Below are positions 27,928 to 37,302 of a stretch of 64,000 nucleotides of DNA, in pieces. Every line of letters starts with the position of its first letter. The stretch's first letter is position 1. Below the pieces are notes generated by a model. It made no database searches. It had not been told where the DNA came from and was given only the letters and a program-made list of their open reading frames with translations. The position numbers were made by a program, and so were the translations under genes. The stretch comes from Methanosarcinales archaeon (lineage in GTDB: Archaea; Halobacteriota; Syntropharchaeia; Alkanophagales; Methanospirareceae): NCBI GenBank assembly GCA_030611585.1, contig JAUWPM010000001.1, positions 1,715 to 65,714 of the forward strand, given 5' to 3'.

Positions 27928-29067
27928 ATGACGTGCTATAAGATTGCGGTTATTCGCGGCGATGGGATAGGGCCGGAGATAATGCAGGAAGGGTTGAAAG
28001 TGCTTGATGCCGTTTCGGAACGTGAGAGCTTTGAACTTGACTGGATTGAATATCCGCATGGTGCAGAGCATTACTTGCAGACCGGCGAGTTAATGGGTGA
28101 AGATACGTTAAAAGAATTGGACCGGTGCGCTGCGATCTATTTTGGGAGCATTGGCGATCCGAGGGTAGAACCAGGTGTTTTAGAGCAGGGGATCTTACTC
28201 GCGCTCAGGTTCTATTTTGATCAGTACGTGAATCTGCGACCCGTGAAGCTTCTGGAGGGTGTTCAGACGCCATTGGCGGGAAAGCGACCGGAGGACATTG
28301 ACATTAGCGTGGTGCGGGAGAACACCGAGGATTTCTACATTGGCATTGGTGGTCGTGCGAAAGGGAACGTAAAAAAGAGCGAGAAGTTGGAGATCGTACG
28401 GAACCTCTATCAGATCAAGTTCGATCTGGACGTTGAGACCGATGCGGACGAGCTTGCGTATCAAATTGGTGTCGTAACGAGAGAGGGCTGCGAGCGAGTG
28501 ATGAGGTTTGCATTTGAGCTTGCGCGTGCGAATGGAAAGACGAAAGTGACGAGCGTGGACAAGGCGAACGTGTTAACGCACAGCTACGGGTTCTGGCGTG
28601 AGGTGTTCAACGGCGTGGCAAAGGACTATCCTGAGATCGAGACGGAGTTTAATTTCGTGGATGCGATCTGCATGTGGTTCGTGAAGAATCCCGAATGGTA
28701 TCAGGTCGTCGTGGCGCCGAACATGTTTGGCGACATTATTACGGACCTCGGTGCGATGATCCAGGGTGGATTGGGTCTTGCACCGGGCGGGAACATCAAT
28801 CCCGAGGGCGTGTCCATGTTCGAGCCGATTCACGGCTCCGCACCGAAATACAAAGGCAAAGGTATTTCAAATCCGATTGCAACGATTTGGGCGGGTGCGA
28901 TGCTTCTGGAAAATATCGGTGAGAAGCAAGCGTCGGAAAGCGTTTTACGTGCGATTGAATCGGTTTTGAAGGCGGGCAAAGTGCGTACCTACGACCTTGG
29001 CGGTACTTCAAAGATGAGCGAGGTTGGCGATGCGATTGTGAATACAATAAATAGCGAGAGCATTTAG
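27928..29067 (+). CDS. isocitrate/isopropylmalate dehydrogenase-family NAD(P)-dependent decarboxylating dehydrogenase (LeuB/AksF-like)
   Basis: [15 protein letters not shown] and [26 protein letters not shown] motifs. Start placed at the internal ATG 27928. Confidence 0.85.
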   Translation: MTCYKIAVIRGDGIGPEIMQEGLKVLDAVSERESFELDWIEYPHGAEHYLQTGELMGEDTLKELDRCAAIYFGSIGDPRVEPGVLEQGILLALRFYFDQYVNLRPVKLLEGVQTPLAGKRPEDIDISVVRENTEDFYIGIGGRAKGNVKKSEKLEIVRNLYQIKFDLDVETDADELAYQIGVVTREGCERVMRFAFELARANGKTKVTSVDKANVLTHSYGFWREVFNGVAKDYPEIETEFNFVDAICMWFVKNPEWYQVVVAPNMFGDIITDLGAMIQGGLGLAPGGNINPEGVSMFEPIHGSAPKYKGKGISNPIATIWAGAMLLENIGEKQASESVLRAIESVLKAGKVRTYDLGGTSKMSEVGDAIVNTINSESI

Positions 29068-29252
29068 GTAGTTTAATAAAGAGGTGAGTATGTCCTCCAG
29101 AAAGGATGATGCCATGACTAATTGACATGGGTGGGAGCGAGTAGGGGAGGGTTCGCCGATTTTTTTATTTTTTGCTACTTTCCACACATTCACCCGAATT
29201 GCAGTTCGTCTTTACAGCAAGTTATTTGAAGACTCTGCGTAGTTTTTAAAAT

Positions 29253-29654
29253 CTACTTCTGTTGTTCAAAAAGGAGTGTTTCGGCGATTGCTTCGAGTTT
29301 GCTGAGTTCTCGTTTCCGGAACCCGATGAACAGACCATTTAATTTACCGCCGACGCACGTTTTTGTCTTCTCGCCCTGTGGTAACACGGTATTGAGTAAG
29401 GGATAACTGACTTTCACCGTATCCCCTTTTTCCGTTCTTATTAGTATTCCGTCCTCAATGCCCACGATCCAGATGAAGGTTCTTACCTTAGGCGGGATCA
29501 GGTCGAAAAGAGAAGGATGCTCGATGTCGAGATGCGTTACGGTCGCCCTTGCGTAACCTTTGAGATGGACGTACATGTGTGCATTATCTAATTCCTCTTC
29601 GTTCAGGTACACGTGTGCGTCCAGAGAGAGTTTGCCTTCTGCGGGGCCGGTCAT
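29253..29654 (-). CDS. hypothetical protein (133 aa)
   Basis: ORF only. Confidence 0.35.
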   Translation of the reverse strand: MTGPAEGKLSLDAHVYLNEEELDNAHMYVHLKGYARATVTHLDIEHPSLFDLIPPKVRTFIWIVGIEDGILIRTEKGDTVKVSYPLLNTVLPQGEKTKTCVGGKLNGLFIGFRKRELSKLEAIAETLLFEQQK

Positions 29655-29727
29655 GGTCGGTAAAATATATGGGATTTGTAGGATTTATGAGTTGCGCATG
29701 AAGAGGAGAACGTCCGGATTATATATT

Positions 29728-31266
29728 CTATTCTGTGTTCTTTTTCTCAGATCGCAGTTCTTTGAGTTTCTGTTCGTATAATTGCTTAAATCTTTGGAAG
29801 GACTCGCGGTCTTGTTCCACTATGTTTGATTCGTACCCTCGAATTGCAGTTTTGACGAACTCTTCGTTTAAAAGAGTTAATTCTGCAAGACTGACGGCCG
29901 CAATCTCAGTCACACGTTCAAAACCTTTTTTAGTGGCGGACATTCTAACTGCTACAAGAGCCAGTGCTGCTTGCTGTGTTGCATCTTTAAGATTATTTTT
30001 CGCTGCGGCTATTCCAACAGTTTTAAGATGCATTACCACACTAAATATTGCCTCTTTTAACTCTTTTTCCACCGCAATTTCTCCAATAGCGTGAAGAGAC
30101 TCTACTGCCCACTTTGTCGCGTTCACAAAACCTTTTTCTGCAGTTTTACTTCCGATTTCTCCAAGACTACTTACTGCCGTGGTAGTTAGATTTTTAATTC
30201 TTTTTACTGCAGCAGTTCTTCCAACTTCTCCAAGACTACTTACTGCTGCTGTTGCCGCTCTTTCAAGCTCTTTTTCCGCAGCAATTCTTCCAATGCCTCC
30301 AAGATTCAATGCTACCATAAGTGTTGTATATTCAAGCTCTTTTTCCGCAGCAATTCTTCCGATTAAATTAAGAAAACTTAATGCTCTGGTTGTCGCATCT
30401 TCAAATCTATTTTCTGCTGTTGATCTTCCGAATTTTCCTAAATTATTCACAACTTCTAAAGCGGCTTCTTCATCCTCCTTACTTATAGCTAATTTGCTAA
30501 CTCGTTCTAAATGCGTACAAAAACGCTCGGAAATCTCTTTTTCTCCATCAGAATCAATAATTTCGATTACCCGCTCAGTCACCGCTTTCAACCCAACCCG
30601 CATCGTTGCAATGTCATATCTCATGATAGAACCGTGCACTATATCCATAATGGGCTGAATGGGGTCTTCTTTCGGTTTCAAAATGGCATCTTTGGTAATA
30701 TCGGCTGTCAATCGGTTTATGATATTGACGGGATTCAAAAGATCTATAATACTGAGTATATACCGAAATAGCATCAAAAAAGAAAAAATACCGAGAAAAT
30801 ATGCACAGATAATGTGGATTTCAATTGGATAATTAAAAAGGGAGATTTCTCTTAGATCACCATCCCTTATTGTTTTCAAAATCAAAAGCCCATAAAATAT
30901 GGAGTGCCCATACAAAGCCAAAAGTAGCCACACATCAGGATTATTTCTGAAAATGCGAATTACTCGCGGTGAATACGCAGAAGCGGAAAGTTGAACGGCA
31001 ATCAAGGTCAGCGATACGACGATAGCAACGATTGCCGCCTGACTTTGAACCAGTGCACTGAGCATGTATCTGGCACTATTGGCATCAGTATGAAAAAGAT
31101 TGAAATAAGCAAATAGAACAGTACCAACAAAACTAAATAATATTGCAAGAACGTTGTACTCAAAAATACGTTTAGTCCAGAGTTTTCCGTAACTTACCCA
31201 CTGATCACGCGCTTTGTTCTTGATGCTTTTCAAAAACCCCTTTAAATCCTTTTTCTCATCATCCAT
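29728..31266 (-). CDS. membrane-anchored HEAT/PBS-lyase-like repeat protein
   Basis: N-terminal four to five TM helices, then at least eight tandem 19-20 aa repeats (...LGEIGSKTAEKGFVNATKWAVESL...). The corresponding DNA (about 29990-30480) is a tandem array of near-identical 57-60 bp units. Confidence 0.6.
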   Translation of the reverse strand: MDDEKKDLKGFLKSIKNKARDQWVSYGKLWTKRIFEYNVLAILFSFVGTVLFAYFNLFHTDANSARYMLSALVQSQAAIVAIVVSLTLIAVQLSASAYSPRVIRIFRNNPDVWLLLALYGHSIFYGLLILKTIRDGDLREISLFNYPIEIHIICAYFLGIFSFLMLFRYILSIIDLLNPVNIINRLTADITKDAILKPKEDPIQPIMDIVHGSIMRYDIATMRVGLKAVTERVIEIIDSDGEKEISERFCTHLERVSKLAISKEDEEAALEVVNNLGKFGRSTAENRFEDATTRALSFLNLIGRIAAEKELEYTTLMVALNLGGIGRIAAEKELERAATAAVSSLGEVGRTAAVKRIKNLTTTAVSSLGEIGSKTAEKGFVNATKWAVESLHAIGEIAVEKELKEAIFSVVMHLKTVGIAAAKNNLKDATQQAALALVAVRMSATKKGFERVTEIAAVSLAELTLLNEEFVKTAIRGYESNIVEQDRESFQRFKQLYEQKLKELRSEKKNTE

Positions 31267-31559
31267 GTGAACAACATAATATAAGGTATTACTTAAGTCT
31301 TACCATGATTTGATGCATTCTGAGAATGCTAAATCCGAACCACACCAAACATTCGATTAGTGTACACGAGTGCAAACGCCAGCACGGTAAAGATTAGCGT
31401 GCCAATTATTAACGTTTTGTTTGTCCCGATTCGCGAGCTCAGCCATACAATCGCTAACGCATACGGTATCTAGAGGGGTATGGAGAGCAGACAGGACTTC
31501 GCCGTTAATGCTACTGCGGCATCGCCCGCGGATTACCAGAGTTTTACCGCAGAGTACGC

Positions 31560-31680
31560 GGAATTAGAGGTTTAGTTTATTAGCGGTTCCGCTCGTTAGC
31601 TAAACCTCCAAACCGCTAACCCTCTAACCCGCTATCCCTCTATCCTCTGTGGTCTCTTTGGTCTCTGCGCTCTCGGCGGT
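31560..31680. repeat. dispersed repeat shared with 10170-10270
   Basis: gaattagaggtttagtttattagcggttccgctcgttagctaaacctccaaaccgctaaccctcta... Confidence 0.7.
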
Positions 31681-31714
31681 AATAAATAAATCACTATATT
31701 TTTATACCGTGCCG

Positions 31715-32098
31715 TCAAGCCACAATCAACTTGACGTAATCCATTTTCCCGGTGATCTGGAACAATCTAACCAACTCCTTTATCCGCGCAGCGTCACCCT
31801 CCAAGATGAACACTTCAAGGCATTTATCTTCCCGCAAGTGGTTATGAATCTGAGTGCTTATGATGTCCTCGAATTCGTGTTTTATCTCTGTCACCACATC
31901 CTCCGCTTTCTGCGCATGAATGAGCAAGAGCACGAAATTCAACCTGCCCTCCAGCTTCTCCTTCTCTTTGCTATCCGCAATGAGCATTCTCGCCCCCGCT
32001 CTTATCACTTCTGACCGCCCGGAGAACCCCAGCTCTTTCTGTAGCTTATCTATCCCCGCTAATAGCCCATCATTTAATGATATGCTGATGATTGTCAT
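31715..32098 (-). CDS. nikR: NikR-family nickel-responsive regulator (RHH plus ACT-like metal-binding domain)
   Basis: N-terminal ribbon-helix-helix ([37 protein letters not shown]). The C-terminal domain has the H...H...C metal-ligand spacing (IHAQ...HNH...C). Confidence 0.65.
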   Translation of the reverse strand: MTIISISLNDGLLAGIDKLQKELGFSGRSEVIRAGARMLIADSKEKEKLEGRLNFVLLLIHAQKAEDVVTEIKHEFEDIISTQIHNHLREDKCLEVFILEGDAARIKELVRLFQITGKMDYVKLIVA

Positions 32099-32212
32099 TT
32101 CCCTTCTCCCAAATAGGTTTTAGTAACCGGTTTAAAAATACCTCCACAAAGGATAATAACAAATCATTTAAATGTTAATAATCATTAGAATTAAATTATA
32201 GTAAAATTAACA

Positions 32213-32821
32213 ATGCATAAAACACCGAAGCCCATTAGCCAGGAGTTACTGAGGCATGCGCCTTTTACTGCCGTCGGCGCCATTACCGGAATTGTTGTCG
32301 TATTTCTGGCAGTTCAATTCCCTCAAAGTACTTCCGAACGGATTTTCTATACCCTTCATCCGATTCATGTCTTGTTGAGCGCACTCGTAACTGCGGGCAT
32401 GTACCGGCTGCACAAAGGCAAAGGCGTGTCGGTAATTCTAATTGGTTATATCGGCTCTATTGGCATAGCGACGATAAGCGATTCACTCGTGCCCTATGCA
32501 GGAGAAATCTTGCTCAATCTACCCAATCCCGGACTTCATATCGGCTTTATCGAGAAGTGGTGGCTTGTAAACCCTCTTGCATTTCTCGGCATTGCAATTG
32601 CTTACTGGAGACCCACAACTAAGTTCCCGCACGCAGGACACGTATTGCTGAGCACCTGGGCATCGGCATTTCACGTAATCATGGCATTGGGCGTGACGGT
32701 AAGTTGGATCTCCCTCCTCATTATAGGGTTGTTTCTGTTCCTCGCCGTTTGGTTCCCGTGCTGCTTAAGCGACATAATCTTCCCACTTTTATTCGTGAGA
32801 GGGGACGATACCAAACGTTAA
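32213..32821 (+). CDS. hypothetical His-rich integral membrane protein, divergent from nikR
   Basis: Five to six TM helices; several His residues in loops. Confidence 0.4.
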   Translation: MHKTPKPISQELLRHAPFTAVGAITGIVVVFLAVQFPQSTSERIFYTLHPIHVLLSALVTAGMYRLHKGKGVSVILIGYIGSIGIATISDSLVPYAGEILLNLPNPGLHIGFIEKWWLVNPLAFLGIAIAYWRPTTKFPHAGHVLLSTWASAFHVIMALGVTVSWISLLIIGLFLFLAVWFPCCLSDIIFPLLFVRGDDTKR

Positions 32822-33162
32822 ATCCACGGCTGCCTCGGATAGCTTTTAATACACATAAAAACAATAGGAATACGAATGAATAGTGGAGAGCCACATTCTG
32901 CTATATGTGAGAAAGAAGTAAAAGGAGGTGAACCGGAAAAATGAAGATCGTAGCGATAATAGTGGTGGTGGTGATTGCGCTTTTCTTCTTACTGCCCATT
33001 CTTTATGGAAGTGCGCCCCTCCCGGAAGACATGTCCGCGGGTCAAATCGGGAATTTTATCGGTGGTTTCGCACGTTACTGGATAGACGCATTAACAAGCG
33101 CGTTTTCATCCCCGTAATTGATTTAATGCACGAGTGAATGAGCAGAAGCTCAAACAGTGGTT

Positions 33163-34689
33163 TTATAGCTTTTTTGCCGCCTCAAACCGTTCCCTCAAAA
33201 ATTCAGTCTCCAGAGAAGCGAGCAGCCAGCCTGCTCGTGGCCCTGACGGCTTACCCAATAACGCGATGTAAATCGCCTTGAAAACCTCCTTTGGTTCCGT
33301 ATTGGTCGCGGAGGCAACTTCGTATATCTTATTATGCCAGTCCTCAGCACTCAGAATCCTACCTCCCCGTAGTTCATGCGCCATGAGCGTCAACGCAGCT
33401 TTTTGCGACTCGGACAACGTTTTTAGTTCCTCTGCCGGTGCCGCTGCTTGCACTTCGAACTTTACGTTCGGAGGTGCATAGTTCCGTAGCCAATTTTCCG
33501 CATACTCTGCTTTCTTCCGTATCTCTTTCAGTTCTTCTTCGTTCTCTTCATGAAGCTCGTAGCCACTTCTTTTAATGGCATCAAGGAGTTTCGAAGAATC
33601 GCCTCGGGCAATTTGCACGAGAGTAACGAGATGCCGGAATGAGAGTTCACCAGCGATGCCGCTTCCGATACTCCCGATCTCACGCTCGTACTCGTCTACC
33701 AGGTTGAGTAACGGTAACGAAGGATTGAACGCAATATGCTTCCCTGGCCGCGTTCGCGAGATGACATGCTTCAAAATTACCGGTGGCACGGCTTCTAATA
33801 TCTCATGTACCGGGATGTTGGTCCCCCGGGAGGACGACATGGCGGTAACTTTCGCCTTCGTTCCTTCTTGCTGTTGCAGCTTCAGGAGGATATGTTCAAA
33901 GGGTATGGGATACGGCGCCGGGTAATTGTATATCTCTAAGGATATGCGCGTGCCCGTGTCAAACGATCCACCGGGTGCGGCATGGTCTTTGCCAAACGGC
34001 TCGATGGTAACGCCGAGGATCTTCCATCGCGCTGCCCAATCCACTCGCCATGCTAATTTACCACCGCCCGTAAACGAAGCCACACCCTTGTTTCCACATT
34101 CACACTCGTAATACGCTTCCTCCTTATCCAAATCGTAGCCCTTTACCACCGCAGCGGTTATTCTGCCGCACGCATCACAAAGCGGGTTAAAAGGTGACCA
34201 TTCCTCTGGCAGTTTTCTACCCGAAACGTCCTTTATTATCCTTGACAGTTCGTCCCTCCTCAATAGTGATTCCTTTATCGTGTCCACGTACAGCCCGGAC
34301 TTGTACAGCTCGTCGGCTCGTAAAACCTCTATTTGTATGCCTAAATCGTCCAGAGAATCGAGAAAGGGCAGTAGAAAATGGTCGGCATAGGAAGGCAAGC
34401 GTCCTTCGGGGTCTGGTATCTCTGATAGCGGCTTACCCACGTGCGCTTCGTATTCCGGAGGCAGGAACGGGTATCTCCGTCTGAGCGGGTCAAACGTGTC
34501 TGCAATGTAAATTAGTCGTGCGTCCACGCCCATATCTCTGAGCGCATTGTACACTGCGTCACCGGTGATTATCTCTCGCAGGTTACCCACGTGAATATCT
34601 CCCGAGGGCGTAATGCCGGTAGCAACAACGTGCTTCTTCTCTTCCCTTTTCGATACGATGTCCTGTGCGATTACTAAAGACCAGTGCAT
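33163..34689 (-). CDS. lysK: class I lysyl-tRNA synthetase
   Basis: HVGN (HIGH-like) at the N-terminus and KVTAMSSSRG (KMSKS-like). 508 aa. Confidence 0.85.
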   Translation of the reverse strand: MHWSLVIAQDIVSKREEKKHVVATGITPSGDIHVGNLREIITGDAVYNALRDMGVDARLIYIADTFDPLRRRYPFLPPEYEAHVGKPLSEIPDPEGRLPSYADHFLLPFLDSLDDLGIQIEVLRADELYKSGLYVDTIKESLLRRDELSRIIKDVSGRKLPEEWSPFNPLCDACGRITAAVVKGYDLDKEEAYYECECGNKGVASFTGGGKLAWRVDWAARWKILGVTIEPFGKDHAAPGGSFDTGTRISLEIYNYPAPYPIPFEHILLKLQQQEGTKAKVTAMSSSRGTNIPVHEILEAVPPVILKHVISRTRPGKHIAFNPSLPLLNLVDEYEREIGSIGSGIAGELSFRHLVTLVQIARGDSSKLLDAIKRSGYELHEENEEELKEIRKKAEYAENWLRNYAPPNVKFEVQAAAPAEELKTLSESQKAALTLMAHELRGGRILSAEDWHNKIYEVASATNTEPKEVFKAIYIALLGKPSGPRAGWLLASLETEFLRERFEAAKKL

Positions 34690-34999
34690 TGTATTATTAT
34701 TGTAGTACTAAGGTAGTGGCGAGACGTTTAAAAGATACGCGATTGGTCTTTCTCGTATCCGAAGAAAGAGACATTTTCCGTCAACGCGTTTCTTCTTAAA
34801 GAAAAGGGTTATGAATGAGCATAGCAGCGATCCAGAGTTCCCAAGTGCTCGCGCAACTCAGTACAGTAAGGAACGCTGACGGGCTTATCTGCCGGGTTCG
34901 GAATGAGACCGGGAGTTTCCCCGCCGCTATGGCCGCTATGCCCATTTAGAGTATGATATTTTTTCTACTTAAAAAGGTTGTTGCGAAACCAGCAGGAAA

Positions 35000-35055
35000 A
35001 AAAAAACGAAAACCTTTTTATATCGAACAGTTTTATATTGCATATCGAAGGTGAA
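35000..35055 (+). promoter_or_regulatory. archaeal BRE/TATA promoter with conserved downstream operator (first of six or more copies)
   Basis: aaaaaacgaaaaCCTTTTTATATCGAACAGttttatattgCATATCGAAGGtg lies directly upstream of ATG 35061. The same architecture occurs at 38421, 39745, 40441, 48225 and 54285. Confidence 0.6.
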
Positions 35056-35060
35056 CAAAA

Positions 35061-35903
35061 ATGGAAAGAAAGAAAATTTTAGGTATAATAGCAATAGTGG
35101 CAATCGCAACGGCAGTGATGTTCGCGGGTTGTATCAACGAAGAAACGCCTGTGTCCACTCCTACGCAGACGGCAACGGTAAGTCCGACCACACCAACGGG
35201 AACTTCTTCACTCATGGTCTATAGCGGCGCGGGCATGAGAAAGCCGATGGATGAGATCGGAACTTTGTTTGAGCAGAAGTACGGCGTTCCCGTGAACTAC
35301 AACTATGCCGGTTCCAATACGCTCTTGAGCCAGATAGAACTGACGAAAAAAGGCGACGTCTACATGCCGGGAGCAACGATGTACATCGAGACAGCGAAAG
35401 AGAAGGGGTTTGTTGATTACGAGCAGAATGTCGCATACCATATACCGGTGATCGCAGTCCCGGAGGGTAATCCGGCGAATATAACCTGTTTGGATGACCT
35501 TACAAAGCCTGGGGTAAAAGTCGTTCTGGGAGATCCGAAAGCAGCTGCATGTGGCAAGATCGCAAAGAAAATACTGGAGAAGAACGGGATTACGGATGCC
35601 GTGGATGCGAATACCATTGCGCGTGCTGCGACAGTAAATGAGCTGGTGGTCTATACGTGCATGGGCACCGCGGACGCATCAATAATATGGCAAGCATCTC
35701 TGATTGGGACTGGGAACGAGACGGATATTATAGAGATACCCAGGGAGCAGAATCTCATAAAAGTGATTCCAATAGGCACGCTAACGTTCTCTGAGAACAA
35801 AGATTATGCAAAGAAATTCGTTGATTTCGTTACCTCTGATGAAGGAAAAGCAATTTACGAGAAACATGGATTTACGGCATATCCAAACGAAAAGTATGAA
35901 TAG
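35061..35903 (+). CDS. modA: molybdate/tungstate ABC transporter substrate-binding protein (ModA-type) with lipobox-like N-terminus
   Basis: Signal peptide ending in FAGC, a Thr/Pro linker, then a ModA-like PBP fold (VYSGAGMRKPMDEIGTLFEQKYG...AACGKIAKKI). Confidence 0.75.
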   Translation: MERKKILGIIAIVAIATAVMFAGCINEETPVSTPTQTATVSPTTPTGTSSLMVYSGAGMRKPMDEIGTLFEQKYGVPVNYNYAGSNTLLSQIELTKKGDVYMPGATMYIETAKEKGFVDYEQNVAYHIPVIAVPEGNPANITCLDDLTKPGVKVVLGDPKAAACGKIAKKILEKNGITDAVDANTIARAATVNELVVYTCMGTADASIIWQASLIGTGNETDIIEIPREQNLIKVIPIGTLTFSENKDYAKKFVDFVTSDEGKAIYEKHGFTAYPNEKYE

Positions 35904-35951
35904 TCTGGTTCACAAGAACAGTACAGTAAGAGAGTAAGGGTAAGGGCGGCG

Positions 35952-36461
35952 ATGGGGGAAGACATAGAGGGAAAGGAGGCTCGGAAGACGTACCAACCAA
36001 TCGGAATAATACACTCAGGATTCCGGGATAAAAAAGACACGCCCATTCAGGGCATTTTCGCAAAGGGCGCAAAGGGTAAGGTGGAAGTGTTCCCTGAATA
36101 CGCTAACGGGCTCAAAGACATCGAGGGTTTCTCGCACCTTATCCTTATTTACCATTTCCATCGCTCTGACGGCTATTCGTTGATTTCAAAGCCGCTTTTA
36201 GAGGACGAACCGCATGGAATCTTCTCAATAAGGCATTTCAAAAGGCCCAACCCCATCGGATTGTCCGTAGTCAAGCTGGAGAGCGTAAAGGGGAATGTTT
36301 TGGAGATCAGCGACGTTGACGTCCTGGACGGTACGCCGCTGCTCGATATAAAACCCTTCGTGCCGCGGTTTGACAACAGACCGGATGCAAAAAGTGGGTG
36401 GCTCAGTAACCCCCATTTAGATCTGGTTAAGGGTGAATCGGGCAAACATAGAAGCGAATAG
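35952..36461 (+). CDS. TsaA/TrmO-family (YaeB-like) SAM-dependent methyltransferase
   Basis: IGIIHSGFRDKKDTPIQG...GLKDIEGFSHLILIYHFH...NPIGLSVVKL...DGTPLLDIKPF is the UPF0066 signature. Confidence 0.75.
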   Translation: MGEDIEGKEARKTYQPIGIIHSGFRDKKDTPIQGIFAKGAKGKVEVFPEYANGLKDIEGFSHLILIYHFHRSDGYSLISKPLLEDEPHGIFSIRHFKRPNPIGLSVVKLESVKGNVLEISDVDVLDGTPLLDIKPFVPRFDNRPDAKSGWLSNPHLDLVKGESGKHRSE

Positions 36462-36479
36462 GAACGAAGGGTCAGCACA

Positions 36480-37280
36480 ATGTTAAAGGAATTGAAAGCG
36501 TCAAAGATCAAGATTGTTACGATACTATCCTGTTTACTGCTCGCCTTTTTTATTTTAGTCCTGATTATTTGCGTGGTTACGCACACCACGCTGCCGGCAC
36601 TGATGACCAGCCTTGCTTCCAAGGAGATACAATTCGCAATAAAATTGAGTTTGACAACCGCTGCCATCTCCACCATTCTATGTATTGCCATCTCAATACC
36701 TGCGGCATACGCGCTTGCTCGATACGAGTTCTTTGGTAAGAGTTTGATTAATACCCTGATGGACATTCCGCTGGCTTTACCGCCGTTGGTCGCTGGCGTG
36801 GGTTTGTTAATACTATTTGGCACGACCTCGTTTGGTAAAGCGCTTGCCGAAACGGGGCTTGTTTTCGTGTTCACACCATTGGGGATAATAATTGCGCAGT
36901 TCTTTGTTAACGTGCCGTTCATGTTCCGGATACTGCGAGGCACTTTTCAGGGCATAAATCCGAGATACGAGCACGTAGCAGAGACGCTTGGGTGCACAGA
37001 GGCACAGGCATTTCGGCGTGTTACACTGCCGATGTCGAAGAATGGTCTCTTAGCGGGCTCTGTTATCACGTGGTCAAAAGGGATAGGCGAGTTTGGAGCC
37101 GCACTGATGGTCGCAGGAGCGACGAGAATGAAGACCGAGACGTTGCCCATTTCATTATACTTGAACATGTCCTGCGGTGAACTCAATTTAGCCATCGCAT
37201 CAGCAACCATTCTGATTGTCATATCACTTGTATCTCTGTTCGTTTTTGAAAGGTACGGGGGTTTTGCCCGTGTATTCTGA
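36480..37280 (+). CDS. modB: molybdate/tungstate ABC transporter permease
   Basis: ABC-2 permease with the EAA-like loop (RVTLPMSKNGLLAGSVITWSKGIGEFGAALMVAG). Six TM helices. Confidence 0.85.
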   Translation: MLKELKASKIKIVTILSCLLLAFFILVLIICVVTHTTLPALMTSLASKEIQFAIKLSLTTAAISTILCIAISIPAAYALARYEFFGKSLINTLMDIPLALPPLVAGVGLLILFGTTSFGKALAETGLVFVFTPLGIIIAQFFVNVPFMFRILRGTFQGINPRYEHVAETLGCTEAQAFRRVTLPMSKNGLLAGSVITWSKGIGEFGAALMVAGATRMKTETLPISLYLNMSCGELNLAIASATILIVISLVSLFVFERYGGFARVF

Positions 37281-37302
37281 GGACAAAGGAGCGGCAAAGA
37301 AA

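Noticed and set aside
32928-33137. 69-aa ORF from the track
   Set aside because: It is Arg/Gly-rich with no features. An alternative 59-codon ORF in another frame (from ATG 32941; MKIVAIIVVVVIALFFLLPILYG...) looks like a better candidate for a small membrane protein, but neither can be supported firmly.
34800-34960. Possible structured ncRNA (SRP RNA or other) in the 370-bp gap after lysK
   Set aside because: There is some GC-rich self-complementarity (gggcttatctgcccgg), but no recognisable conserved SRP/7S motifs. It cannot be supported without a covariance search.
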